A stretch of DNA of 64,000 bases from an uncultured delta proteobacterium (GTDB lineage: Bacteria; Desulfobacterota; Binatia; Binatales; Binataceae): positions 992,001 through 1,056,000 of the forward strand of contig CAWEEQ010000004.1 in the NCBI GenBank assembly GCA_963808235.1, written 5' to 3'. Below are positions 9,440-19,054 of this stretch, piece after piece. The first letter of the stretch is position 1. Each line of letters opens with the position of its first letter. The notes under the pieces were generated by a model. The model saw nothing but the letters and a program-made list of their open reading frames with translations. It was not told the origin of the DNA and did not search any database. Made by a program: the position numbers and the translations under genes.

Positions 9440-10062
9440 GGAGTCGCAGGTCCGAGAAAAAAGATCTTGCGCCGGGAGGCAACGGCGAAAAGCTGACGCG
9501 GATTGAGACGCCGGGAAAGATTCGGAGGCTCCCTGAACATATCAAGATCGAGCTGGACCGCCGTCTATCGGCCGGAACTTTTCGCAGTTGGCGGATCTTG
9601 TCGGAATGGCTCGCCGAGAAGGGATACGAGATTTCGCACGCGGCGTTGCACAAGTACGGGAAGAAATTCGATCGGCGGCTGGAATCGATTCGGCTGGCGA
9701 CCGAGCAGGCGCGAATCGTCTGCGAACAGTTCAAGGACGATGACGTGCAGATGCAAAGCGCATTGTTGCGCCTGGTGCAAACGCGGCTGTTCGAGGTGCT
9801 TGCCGCGGTCAACGAAAAGCCAAAGAGAGTGCGTGGCAAGAAGGGCGGCGTCGAGAGCATCGAGAAGGTCGCACCGGTGAATCTCACCGCGCTCGCGCGC
9901 AGCGTGTCGGGACTGGTGAAGGCGGAGACGGAAAATCGGAAGTGGGCGGAGCACGCGCGCGGGGCAGTCGACGAGGCAAAAAAGAAACTCGAAGATGCGC
10001 GCGGCAAGGGGCTGAGCCCCAACACAGCGGATCAAATCAGGGCCGTGTTGATGGAGATTTAG
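9436..10062 (+). CDS. DUF3486 family protein (Mu gp27-like, putative small terminase)
   Basis: KIRRLPEHIK...LSEWLAEKGYEISHAALHKYG...GLS...IR motifs; synteny. Confidence 0.88.
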   Translation: MRSRRSEKKDLAPGGNGEKLTRIETPGKIRRLPEHIKIELDRRLSAGTFRSWRILSEWLAEKGYEISHAALHKYGKKFDRRLESIRLATEQARIVCEQFKDDDVQMQSALLRLVQTRLFEVLAAVNEKPKRVRGKKGGVESIEKVAPVNLTALARSVSGLVKAETENRKWAEHARGAVDEAKKKLEDARGKGLSPNTADQIRAVLMEI

Positions 10063-10094
10063 TGGTGAGCAGTTTCTTCAGCCGGCACTTCTTT

Positions 10095-10836
10095 CCTTGT
10101 GTCATTCTGAGCGCAGCGAAGAAACCCGGTGTCCAGGAGAGCGTCGGCATCGAGCTGAATGTGCGCGCCCTTCGGAGCAGCTCGGCTCCGCGTGCCCTAA
10201 GCGAAGTCGAAGTGTATTGCACCGAGAAAGATCCGGGGTTCTTCGCTGCGCTCAGAATGACACAAAAAAAGAGCGCTCCGGGGGTGGGGCTCAGCACGGA
10301 CGTGGCAAATCCGATCAGAGCGGTGTTGATGGAGGTTTAGATTGAATACTCAGTTCATTCAACTTCGCGCTTCTTCTCCTTGTGTCATTCTGAGCGCAGC
10401 GAAGAAACCCGCTGTCCAGGAGAGCGTCGGCATCGAGCTGAATGTGCGCGCCCTTCGGAGCAGCTCGGCTCCGCGTGCCCTAAGCGAAGTCGAAGTGTAT
10501 TGCACCGAGAAAGATCCGGGGTTCTTCGCTGCGCTCAGAATGACACAAAAAAAGAGCGCTCCGGGGGTGGGGCTCAGCACGGACGTGGCAAATCCGATCA
10601 GAGCGGTGTTGATGGAGGTTTAGATTGAATACTCAGTTCATTCAACTTCGCGCTTCTTCTCCTTGTGTCATTCTGAGCGCAGCGAAGAAACCCGGTGTCC
10701 AGGAGAGCGCCGGCATCGAGCTGAATGTACGCGCCCTTCGGAGCAGCTCGGCTCCGCGTGCCCTAAGCGAAGTCGAAGTGTATTGCACCGAGAAAGATCC
10801 GGGGTTCTTCGCTGCGCTCAGAATGAAACAAAAAAA
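10095..10836 (+). repeat. 283-bp tandem repeat (about 2.6 copies), each with a family-B REP doublet hairpin
   Basis: Units start at 10095, 10378 and 10661, nearly identical; about 32-bp inverted arms (10098-10129 / 10233-10264). Confidence 0.95.
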
Positions 10837-11010
10837 AGGGTGCATCTCGAGCACAGAGGGCGCCAATTGAGGAACCTGCGTTCATTTGCGGAGTTGCTGT
10901 TGGCGCGCAACCGGATGCGCGTCGCTTCCACGTCAAGCCGAGCGCACAGCTCGGCGGCCTCGCCGCAAGGCCTGCGGCATCAAACTCGGACCGAAGAGGT
11001 GAAAAAACTC

Positions 11011-11295
11011 ATGAGCGCAATTTCAGACCTTCAGGCAGCGGAGACGGCGATCGCATCGGCAGTCGCGGGCGCGGTCGCCGCGATGAACTCGGCGGCGACG
11101 TTGATCGCGAATCTGCAGAGCGGCGCGGTCAATGCCGACGACGCGCAAGTCGAAGCGGTGGTCTCTCAGTTAAACACGCAGGCGGCGAGTCTGAGCGGTG
11201 CGGCGACCTCGCTGACCGTCGAAGTCACACCAGCGCCAGTTGCTGTTGCTCCCGCGAGCGCGCCAACCACCGGCAGCTCGACGGCGAGTTCCTAG
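11011..11295 (+). CDS. Small Ala-rich helical hypothetical protein
   Basis: GAGGTG RBS, host-like codon use, lies just before terminase. Confidence 0.6.
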   Translation: MSAISDLQAAETAIASAVAGAVAAMNSAATLIANLQSGAVNADDAQVEAVVSQLNTQAASLSGAATSLTVEVTPAPVAVAPASAPTTGSSTASS

Positions 11296-11324
11296 AGCGG
11301 TGAGCACGCCGGTATCGATTGAAG

Positions 11325-12860
11325 ATGAGTGAACCACTTTCAATACTCCTGCCCTATCAGCGGCGATGGATCGCCGACCAGGCGCAGGTCAAGGTCAGCG
11401 AAAAATCGCGGCGCATCGGGATCACCTGGACCGAAGCTGCCGATCGCGCGCTCGGGGCGGCGACTAACGGGCGGGCCGGAATCGATGGATGGTATATCGG
11501 CTACAACAAGGACATGGCGCTCGAATTCGTGGAAGCGGCGGCGAGTTGGGCGCGGCGCTTCAACCGGGCGGCGAATACGATCGAGGAAATCGCGCTGGAA
11601 GACGAACGCGCGAATATTCTCGCCTACCGGATTCGCTTCGCGTCGGGGCACAAGATAGTCGCGCTGTCGTCGCGGCCGTCGAATCTGCGCGGCAAAGACG
11701 GATGCGCCGTTATCGACGAGGCGGCCTTTCATGAAGACCTGCCCGGGCTTCTGAAAGCGGCGCTCGCGTTCACGATGTGGGGCGGCCTGGTGCGGATCAT
11801 CTCGACCCATAACGGCGCCGACAATCCATTCAACGAACTGATCAGCGAGATTCGCGCCGGCCGGCGCCCGTATTCATTGCATCGCACGACCCTCGATGAC
11901 GCGATCGGCGACGGCCTCTACCGGAAAATCTGCGAACAGGGCGGACTGGAATGGAACGAGGCGGGGCAGCGCGATTGGCGTCAGCAGATCGTGGATTTCT
12001 ACGGCGACAACGTCGGCGAGGAATTGTTCTGCATCCCGCGCGCGTCGTCGGGCGCGTACCTGAGTTCGGTATTGATCGAAGCGCGGATGCGCGCGGGCAT
12101 ACCGATCGTCCGATGGCAACTGCCGCAGGAGTTTTCCGGCCGCGCGGAGAATGTGCGCCATTCGGAAACCCGCGACTGGTGCGAGGACAACCTGGCGCCG
12201 GTGCTGGACGCGCTCGAGCCGAAGCTGGCGACTTTTTTCGGCGAGGACTTCGGCCGCTCAGGCGATCTGACCGTCATCTGGCTGCTGCAAATCGCCGCGG
12301 ACCTGGTGCGCCGCACGCCGCTGGTGGTCGAGCTGCGCAACGTCCCGTTTCGCAACCAGGAGCAGATCCTCTTCTATATAGTGGACCGGCTCCCGCGCTT
12401 CGCTGCGGGCGCGATGGACGCGCGCGGCAACGGGCAATATCTGGCCGAGACCGCAGCGCAGCGCTACGGATCGAAAATCGTGCAGGTCATGCTCTCCGAG
12501 TCTTGGTACCGGGAAAACATGCCGCGCTACAAAGCGGCGTTCGAAGACGGGACGATCGAAATTCCCAAGGACGCGGACATCCTGTCGGACCATCGCGCCT
12601 TCGTGCTGGAGCGCGGAGTTGCGAAGATTTCCGAGCGGCGGTCGGGAATCGACGGCAAGGGACGGCATGGTGACGCGGCGATGGCGGCGGCGCTCGCATA
12701 CTTCGCGTCGCGGGTCGACGGCGGCAAGTTCGGATACATCGCGGCGCCGTCGTCGCGATCGCGGCGCGGCCTCGCGGAGTTGGGTAGTGGTGGAAATCCT
12801 TTCGGTGCGCCGCCGGAAGAAGACGCGGCGACGTCGGTGCATCACGCGAGAGGATTCTGA
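11325..12860 (+). CDS. Terminase large subunit (Mu gp28-like)
   Basis: LLPYQRRW, Walker A KSRRIGIT, Walker B VIDEAAF, ISTHNG, nuclease GEDFGRSGD and HGDAA. Confidence 0.95.
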   Translation: MSEPLSILLPYQRRWIADQAQVKVSEKSRRIGITWTEAADRALGAATNGRAGIDGWYIGYNKDMALEFVEAAASWARRFNRAANTIEEIALEDERANILAYRIRFASGHKIVALSSRPSNLRGKDGCAVIDEAAFHEDLPGLLKAALAFTMWGGLVRIISTHNGADNPFNELISEIRAGRRPYSLHRTTLDDAIGDGLYRKICEQGGLEWNEAGQRDWRQQIVDFYGDNVGEELFCIPRASSGAYLSSVLIEARMRAGIPIVRWQLPQEFSGRAENVRHSETRDWCEDNLAPVLDALEPKLATFFGEDFGRSGDLTVIWLLQIAADLVRRTPLVVELRNVPFRNQEQILFYIVDRLPRFAAGAMDARGNGQYLAETAAQRYGSKIVQVMLSESWYRENMPRYKAAFEDGTIEIPKDADILSDHRAFVLERGVAKISERRSGIDGKGRHGDAAMAAALAYFASRVDGGKFGYIAAPSSRSRRGLAELGSGGNPFGAPPEEDAATSVHHARGF

Positions 12861-13044
12861 CCGGGTTCATCAATATGCAGATGAATAGCTACTGGAAGTG
12901 GAAATGCGAAGGGTGCGGGTTTGAGTTTCTTCTGACGCTGGTGCGCATTCCCGAACCGTGCCATCGATGCGGCGGCGAATGGTTTCTGAAAATCGGCGAA
13001 GCAGCGAGCAAGGAACATCGCTCAGACTAGATAATGGAGTGACT

Positions 13045-14430
13045 ATGACCCTCTATGATGCCTACGGGCGCGAAGTAGATACCGGGATGCTAAGCCAGGA
13101 GCAGGCGGCACCGACCATGGCCGGAGTGCGGAATATATATTCGGTGATGCATCCGTCGGCCGGCCTTACGCCTCATCGCCTGTCCCAGATCCTGCAAGCG
13201 GCGGAAATCGGCGACCCGTACCTTTACCTGGAGCTCGCCGAGGAGATGGAGGAGAAGGATCTGCATTACCTGGCGGTGCTCGGCACGCGGAAGAACGCGG
13301 TCTCGCAACTCGACTTGGTGGTGCGTGCGGCCTCGGCTGGGGCCGAGGATCAACGAGCCGCCGCGTTGGTGCGCGAGATGATCGTCAACGGCCCGACGCA
13401 ACTCGACGCGGTGCTGTTCGATATTCTGGATGCAGTCGGAAAGGGCTTCTCTGCGACCGAGATCATGTGGGACAGGTCGGGGCGAGAGTGGTTACCGGTG
13501 GAGCTCAAATGGCGCGATCCACGCTGGTTCGCGTTCGACTGGATTTCCGGGGAGCAGGTGCTGGTGCGGACGCTCAAGGGCGAGATGGAAGCGGCGCCGG
13601 CGCGCGTCGAGAGGGGTCCGCGGCATTTCGGGGCCGACGCTGGACTCGTTCCAAGCTGGACGAAAGCGGGGATCGGCTTGCAACCGATGACTGCGCCGCT
13701 GGCTCCGTTCAAGTTCATCGTGCATTTCGCCAAGGCGAAAACCGGCCTGCCGATCAGAGGCGGCCTTGCGCGGGCGGCAGGCTGGTCATACCTATTCAAG
13801 AACTATGTACTAAAGGACTGGGTAACCTTCACCGAAGTATTCGGACAGCCTTTGAGAGTAGGCAAATACCATCCGGGCGCGTCGGAGCAGGACAAGCAAG
13901 CACTATTGCAGGCAGTATCGAATATAGGTACCGATGCGGCGGCGATAATCCCGGAATCGATGCTGATCGAGTTCACCGAGGCGCATCAGACGGCGAGCGC
14001 CGAACTATATCAGCGCTTTTGTGAGTATCTTGATGCGCAAGTGAGTAAGGCGGTACTGGGGCAGACACTGACTACCGAGATGCCGCGCTCGGGCGGATCG
14101 CGGGCGGCGGCGCAAGTTCACGAATCGGTGCGACGCGACATCCTGAATGCGGATGCAAGGCGACTTGCGGCGACGCTCCGGCGTGACCTGATTAGGCCGG
14201 TGGTCGATTTGAACATGGGGCCGCAAGCGCATTACCCGACGATCGAGCTGGGACTGCCCGACGACAGCGACGTGAAAGTATTTGCGGAGATCGTCGCGAT
14301 GCTCGCGGATCGTGGACTGCGGGTGAGTCAGAAGACGGTGCTGGACAGACTTGGGATCGCGCAAGCGGAGGGGAGTGAGGCAGTGCTCGCGCCGGTGGCG
14401 AGTGGGCGGAGTGGGGAACCTAACCCCTAA
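13045..14430 (+). CDS. Portal protein DUF935 (Mu gp29-like)
   Basis: LAEEMEEKDLH, FGQPLRVGKY, SKAVLGQTLTT, VHESVRRDI motifs; GGAG RBS. Confidence 0.95.
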   Translation: MTLYDAYGREVDTGMLSQEQAAPTMAGVRNIYSVMHPSAGLTPHRLSQILQAAEIGDPYLYLELAEEMEEKDLHYLAVLGTRKNAVSQLDLVVRAASAGAEDQRAAALVREMIVNGPTQLDAVLFDILDAVGKGFSATEIMWDRSGREWLPVELKWRDPRWFAFDWISGEQVLVRTLKGEMEAAPARVERGPRHFGADAGLVPSWTKAGIGLQPMTAPLAPFKFIVHFAKAKTGLPIRGGLARAAGWSYLFKNYVLKDWVTFTEVFGQPLRVGKYHPGASEQDKQALLQAVSNIGTDAAAIIPESMLIEFTEAHQTASAELYQRFCEYLDAQVSKAVLGQTLTTEMPRSGGSRAAAQVHESVRRDILNADARRLAATLRRDLIRPVVDLNMGPQAHYPTIELGLPDDSDVKVFAEIVAMLADRGLRVSQKTVLDRLGIAQAEGSEAVLAPVASGRSGEPNP

Positions 14431-14462
14431 CCCCTTCCCTCGAGGGAAGGGGAACAATCGTA
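14417..14462 (-). repeat. REP-like repeat, family A (supplies the portal stop codon)
   Basis: AACCTAACCCCTAACCCCTTCCCtcgagGGAAGGGGAACAATCGTA. Confidence 0.88.
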
Positions 14463-14486
14463 TTGGGGGGGCGGAGGATGGATGTG

Positions 14487-15293
14487 CTATTTGTTTTGGC
14501 GGAGGCGGGCTTTTATTTTTTGGCGGAGGGCGCGGCGGCTGTGTTTCATTTCCAGGAAGATGTCGTCGTAAATGAATTTTCGGATCGCATGGCCGAACGT
14601 CGGGAGGCGGAGCGGATCGCTCTTGACGGGGCGGCGATAGCGATAGAGCTGAATGCCGTTCCACCATGTGGGAGAATGGTTTCCGGGGGTGCGGAGATCG
14701 AGGACGAGCTCGAAGCCGGGGACGGCGCGCGCGATCAGATTGTTGGCGGAGCGGGCGGCGCGTTTGTTGGTATCGTCGATGATGACGACGCTGTCGTCGG
14801 CGAGATGGGGAAGGCTGAGGGCGACGCCGTCGTACTGATCGCGAAAACTGTGGCCGCCGTCGTAGAAGTAAGCGCCGATGCGGCGCGGGCGCCATGGGGC
14901 GTCGGCAAAAAAATCTCGGAAGTCGAGATCGTCGAAAACGACCTGGCCGGGCGCGGTGCGAGCGTCGAGGGTGTCGCGAAGCTCGGCGGCCGCGCCGTCG
15001 AACTGCACGAAATTGTCGCAGGCAAAAATGCGCGCGTCGGGATTGCCGGTGGCGGCGCCGACGAGGCTGGCGCCTTTGTAGCATCCCACTTCAACATAGA
15101 CTTCGTTCTCGGCGAGCGATGCGACCGCGGCGTTTAAGAGCGCGAGCTTGTTCTCGGTAGCCATCCCGTGAATTTCGCGGAGGATGTTCGCGAGCGAGCG
15201 ATCAGCGGGCTTGAGCGAGCGAGCGAGGCGACTGCGGTCGTCGAACTCGGGCCACAGGAGGCGGCATCGCGCGACGAAGGCGTCAAAGTACAT
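14487..15293 (-). CDS. Class I SAM-dependent methyltransferase (Methyltransf_24-like)
   Basis: YVEVGCYKGAS, FYDGGH, VIIDD motifs. Confidence 0.88.
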   Translation of the reverse strand: MYFDAFVARCRLLWPEFDDRSRLARSLKPADRSLANILREIHGMATENKLALLNAAVASLAENEVYVEVGCYKGASLVGAATGNPDARIFACDNFVQFDGAAAELRDTLDARTAPGQVVFDDLDFRDFFADAPWRPRRIGAYFYDGGHSFRDQYDGVALSLPHLADDSVVIIDDTNKRAARSANNLIARAVPGFELVLDLRTPGNHSPTWWNGIQLYRYRRPVKSDPLRLPTFGHAIRKFIYDDIFLEMKHSRRALRQKIKARLRQNK

Positions 15294-15335
15294 ATGAAGT
15301 GACTATTAACAACCGGAGATAGTGAGTAATCGCGG

Positions 15336-15372
15336 AACCTAACCCCTAACCCCTTCCCCTAGTGGAAGGGGG
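15336..15372 (-). repeat. REP-like repeat, family A
   Basis: AACCTAACCCCTAACCCCTTCCCCTAGTGGAAGGGG. Confidence 0.85.
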
Positions 15373-15384
15373 ACCGGACTTAAG

Positions 15385-15879
15385 TCACCAGTACATTGCG
15401 GGGCCCATCGGGCCGACGAGGCCCATTCCGTAGGGATTGAAGGCGTCTTCCTGCATATCCATTTCTTCCATCTGGCGCGCTTCGAGGTTCTCGCGGGAAA
15501 TCTCGCCTTCCTGTTCCTGGAACTGCTGGTTGAGCTTCTCCTTTTCGTACTGTTGATAGGCTTGCTCGCTGCCCAAGTACATACATTTACAATAGTAAGG
15601 ATCCGCCATCCAATAATGTAGTTTGCCTTTCTTGCCGATGTAGTACTGGACCTGAAGGGGAAGCAGGGTGCCGAGTTTTTCCTGGCGTTCGGGAGTGTCG
15701 GCGGGGAGCATCGTGAAGCCGGCCGCGGAGAGCATCGGTTCGAGTTGCGCGGCCTGCTGCTCGGGGGTCGGAGGGGGCGGATTGAGATCGTTCTTAATCG
15801 AGCCGCATCCGCCGAGTGCGAGCGAAAACGCGGCGGCGGAGAGCATCGTAACTATTGGGATGAAGCGGCGTAGGTGCAT
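15385..15879 (-). CDS. Putative lipoprotein
   Basis: Lipobox LALGGC; LSAAGF...ADPYYCKCMYLG; AAGGA RBS. Confidence 0.75.
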   Translation of the reverse strand: MHLRRFIPIVTMLSAAAFSLALGGCGSIKNDLNPPPPTPEQQAAQLEPMLSAAGFTMLPADTPERQEKLGTLLPLQVQYYIGKKGKLHYWMADPYYCKCMYLGSEQAYQQYEKEKLNQQFQEQEGEISRENLEARQMEEMDMQEDAFNPYGMGLVGPMGPAMYW

Positions 15880-16036
15880 TGGTTCCTTGAGTGCAGTGAT
15901 CGACGAAAAGTCGCCATCGTGGAGGTGGTGGCTATTGTGAATGGCACGGGCTTGATAGGCAAGGGAAAAGGAAGAGGCGGCCAGCGCTGGCCGCCTCGAC
16001 GCGGAAGGATTGGCGCGAAAGATTTTGCGCGCGCGA

Positions 16037-16699
16037 TCAGGGGACGGAGCTGCCCGGGTTGCCGCTCGCGTCGAAGAGAGTCAGAGCGCCGGCGCCGTCA
16101 GCATTGAGGGTCAGCGCGGCGCGGGTTTTGCCGTCGGCGCTGAGCAACGCGAGCCCGGGCAATCCTTCGGGGGTGACGTCGAGGCCGACGCGGCCGCGAT
16201 TCTGATCGGCGAGACGAATTGTCGGCGAACCGTCGGGGGCGACGATGAAGGTGGCGCGCGGATTGCCGTCCTTGTCCATCATGGCGAGGCCGGACTGTCC
16301 GTCGGGCGCGACGCCCATCGAGGCTCTGCTCCTGCCGTCAGGAGAGAAGAGGACGATGCGCGAGACGCTGCCGTTGAGTCCGACTTCGACGCGGGCTTTG
16401 CCGTTCGCGCCGAAGATGCCGAGTGCGGGTGCTCCATTGGAGGCGACGCCGAGTCCGGCGCGCAGCGTGCCGGCGCCGTCGAAGACTGCGACTTGCGCGA
16501 CACCTCTGCTGGTGACGTTAAACTCGCCGCGAGTTTTTCCGCGCGCGTCGACGAGCATGAACTTTTGCGCGGTAATCATTCTGGGAGCAGACGCGGCACC
16601 GACAGCCGAGGCGGCAAACATATGGCCCGACACGGCGCCGCCGACGAATGCGGCTGCGACAGTCAAGGTGATGAATCCGACGCGCTCTTTGATGGTCAT
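16037..16699 (-). CDS. Exported protein with tandem 22-aa beta repeats
   Basis: Signal/TM N-terminus; repeated L.L.D..G..RA.L.V...G.P units; AAGGAG RBS. Confidence 0.75.
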   Translation of the reverse strand: MTIKERVGFITLTVAAAFVGGAVSGHMFAASAVGAASAPRMITAQKFMLVDARGKTRGEFNVTSRGVAQVAVFDGAGTLRAGLGVASNGAPALGIFGANGKARVEVGLNGSVSRIVLFSPDGRSRASMGVAPDGQSGLAMMDKDGNPRATFIVAPDGSPTIRLADQNRGRVGLDVTPEGLPGLALLSADGKTRAALTLNADGAGALTLFDASGNPGSSVP

Positions 16700-16769
16700 G
16701 GTCGCGGCTCCTTTTCCGGTACCGGCGGTTATGAATTTCGGGCAGAGATTAGCAGGGTTTGAGGGGCGC

Positions 16770-17153
16770 TTACAAAGCGGCGTCGGGCGAGCCGCTACGG
16801 TGCAGGGGCCGGCCGCTCCCGCAGTCTCTTATCGAAGGCTCCGTCGCCCAGGTATCAGTGGCCGGGTTGTAAGCCTCAACCGTGGCCAGAGGAGAACCAT
16901 CGGCGCCGCGGCCGCCGATCGCGTAGAGCAATCCATTGAACGCTACGACCGCGAGGTCGGCGCGCGCCGTGGGCATCGCCGCCTTTGTCGCCCAAGTGTT
17001 GGATCCGGGGTCGTAAGCTTCGAGAGTGGCGAGCGCGGGGAAGGCGCTGGCTGGATTCAGTTGGACGATCAGGAGCAACGCTGCGCTCAGGCGCACTCGG
17101 ACAATGAAGGGTGCCGTGATTGCGCCTTGGAATTGCCGGCGAATCTTGTCCAT
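16770..17153 (-). pseudogene. Kelch-repeat protein fragment
   Basis: EAYDPGSNTWATKAAMPTAR...LYAIGG...VEAYNPATDTW; only about 1.5 repeats, too few for a propeller. Confidence 0.6.
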
Positions 17154-17376
17154 GAGAATCCCCCGCTGTGCGGCGCCGAAGCTGCGTGGTCACTATAACG
17201 CGCGTGAGGCATAATTGGTCAAATTGTTATCTTCGCGTTGCGAGGAAGGGAAGAGTGCGAAGGTCAGCGATGACGCTCGAGGGCATGATTCGCAACCGGC
17301 GCGCATCGATGCAGCGGGGAAGAATATTGCTGCGTTGGGGGTTTGGAGCTATTGTTGGTCTGTAGGAGGAAAGAAG

Positions 17377-17553
17377 ATGGATGCGAAGTTCGACGAAGAA
17401 CTTGTTCAATTGATGAACGACCCGTTTTATCGGGATCAATACGACAAGCAGCAGCGCGAAGCGATTGTCAGCCGTGTACCTATCATTCTGAAAGATCGCG
17501 ATGGCAATATTATAAAGACGCTGAAGATCGTACCCGCGTATGCATCGCGCTAG
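17377..17553 (+). CDS. Small hypothetical protein (58 aa)
   Basis: Strong AGGAGGA RBS; MDAKFDEELVQLMNDPFY... Confidence 0.55.
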   Translation: MDAKFDEELVQLMNDPFYRDQYDKQQREAIVSRVPIILKDRDGNIIKTLKIVPAYASR

Positions 17554-17630
17554 GCGGGCGTCCGCTTTCTGACCGGGAACTTCACTACCGCACATAAAGC
17601 TTCGAGAGAAATCACGACTCGCCCGGACAG

Positions 17631-18455
17631 ATGACGATCGCGTTCCAGGCATTTGTCGTCGTTCTATTTATTCTTCCGGGCGCGCTGTTTTTTTCAGCGC
17701 TGACTGGACGCCTCTCGGCCGAGCGCGAATTGCCGCTGATCTCGGCTTCGATCACGTGGGCAGCGGTCGTTTCATTAATCGTCGCGGTGATCTTTCACCT
17801 GGTATGGCAGGGAGCAATCGTCACGCTCGCGAAGGTTGCTTCGCTCAACGTCGAGTCGGGCGTCGCTGTCGTTTTCACTCTCCTGTCGTTCAGCGAGCAG
17901 AGCAAAGAGTACGCTGCAGCGCTTCGTATTTTTCGCGACAACCTTGGATACATGACGGTCTATTTTTTGTCTATTTGCCTGACCGCTCTTGCGAGCGGAC
18001 GGTTACTTAACTACCTGGTCGGCCTGTACAGACTCGAAAGAACTTACCGGTGGCTGAGATTTCGCCCGCGCTGGCATTACCTGTTGGCTGGCGACGACTA
18101 CGAAGGTGCGGGAGATGGAAATGTGACAGTGGTTGTCGACTTGCTTACCGAGATTGATGGCAAACCCCTGCTATACAGCGGCTTCGTGACCAAGTATTGG
18201 TTCGACCAGGCGACCGACGCGCTCGACATCATTCTTATCGCGGGAGCGAAGCGACAATGGATGAAGTCTCTTAGTATGGAAGATGCTGAGCGGCTGTGGA
18301 TGAAGCTATATGTGAAGAGTTCTGAGCCTGCCGAGCCTGCAACTGATAAGGAATCTGGCCAGGAATCAGTGACGTCTCTGCCGAGTCATACCTTCGCGGT
18401 AAAATTCAGCGAAGTAAAGAACATCAACATCAAGTACATCGTTACCGAACGCTGA
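17631..18455 (+). CDS. Membrane protein with soluble C-terminal domain (DUF6338-like)
   Basis: LFILPG, several TMs, PRWHYLL...LYSGFV...FSEVKNINI; lower GC than flanks. Confidence 0.65.
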   Translation: MTIAFQAFVVVLFILPGALFFSALTGRLSAERELPLISASITWAAVVSLIVAVIFHLVWQGAIVTLAKVASLNVESGVAVVFTLLSFSEQSKEYAAALRIFRDNLGYMTVYFLSICLTALASGRLLNYLVGLYRLERTYRWLRFRPRWHYLLAGDDYEGAGDGNVTVVVDLLTEIDGKPLLYSGFVTKYWFDQATDALDIILIAGAKRQWMKSLSMEDAERLWMKLYVKSSEPAEPATDKESGQESVTSLPSHTFAVKFSEVKNINIKYIVTER

Positions 18456-18475
18456 GGGTGGGGAGCTCTCGACTC

Positions 18476-18646
18476 CTACAAGACTACGCCGACGGCGCTC
18501 AGGAACGCGGTGATCGTCGAACCCATCGTCTGGTAGCTCACGATCAGCACGACCGCTACGGTCGCCATGATCAGCGCGTATTCCGCCATTGTCTGGCCGG
18601 GGCGATACTCGCGGACCTTCACGAGCATTGCTGTGAATTTGTGCAT
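18476..18646 (-). CDS. Flp family type IVb pilin
   Basis: GQTMAEYALIMATVAVVLI: G/xxxxEY prepilin motif, 56 aa. Confidence 0.85.
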   Translation of the reverse strand: MHKFTAMLVKVREYRPGQTMAEYALIMATVAVVLIVSYQTMGSTITAFLSAVGVVL

Positions 18647-18761
18647 TGCTAAACCTGCGGTGCGATTTATTGATCGTGGACATACCAACATGGCATCAGT
18701 GCGGCAAACTTTACAACCCGGCAAATGCGGGTCGATCGGCAGTCCTCGCGCAACGTCGGAG

Positions 18762-18878
18762 TGACGCAAATTGGGCGCGGCGACTCGGAACCGGAACCGG
18801 CTTCGCTCGCGCGAAGCTGTCCGGAGGCCAGAAGCCAGTTCCGCTGCGCGAGCGTCGCGAGCTTCGGTCAGGATGACA
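18762..18878 (+). repeat. About 117-bp direct repeat, copy 1
   Basis: Closely matches 20429-20546. Confidence 0.9.
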
Positions 18879-19054
18879 AGCATGCCGGGAGTGCGGGGGC
18901 GTTTTTTAGAAAGTACAGCTGCGCTGCCTTGTTGCGCCATTAGCACAGAGTCTTCGAACGCAGACACGATCTCATTCTCTGCCTTGTCTTTCGGTAGGCG
19001 CGAGTGGTATTGCGATTGCGCGGTTCAGCGTACTGAAAAGGGAGGGTCGAGACG

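Larger units (their letters stand above)
4428..14430. mobile_element. Mu-like phage-derived block 1 (regulation, lysis, packaging)
   Basis: Gene content and order match transposable phages, but no transposase/MuB is present. Confidence 0.88.

Noticed and set aside
10008-10340. Diversity-generating retroelement TR/VR pair
   Set aside because: Differences are not adenine-specific and no reverse transcriptase is present
10095-10836. CRISPR array
   Set aside because: Whole 283-bp units are repeated with no unique spacers, and no cas genes are present
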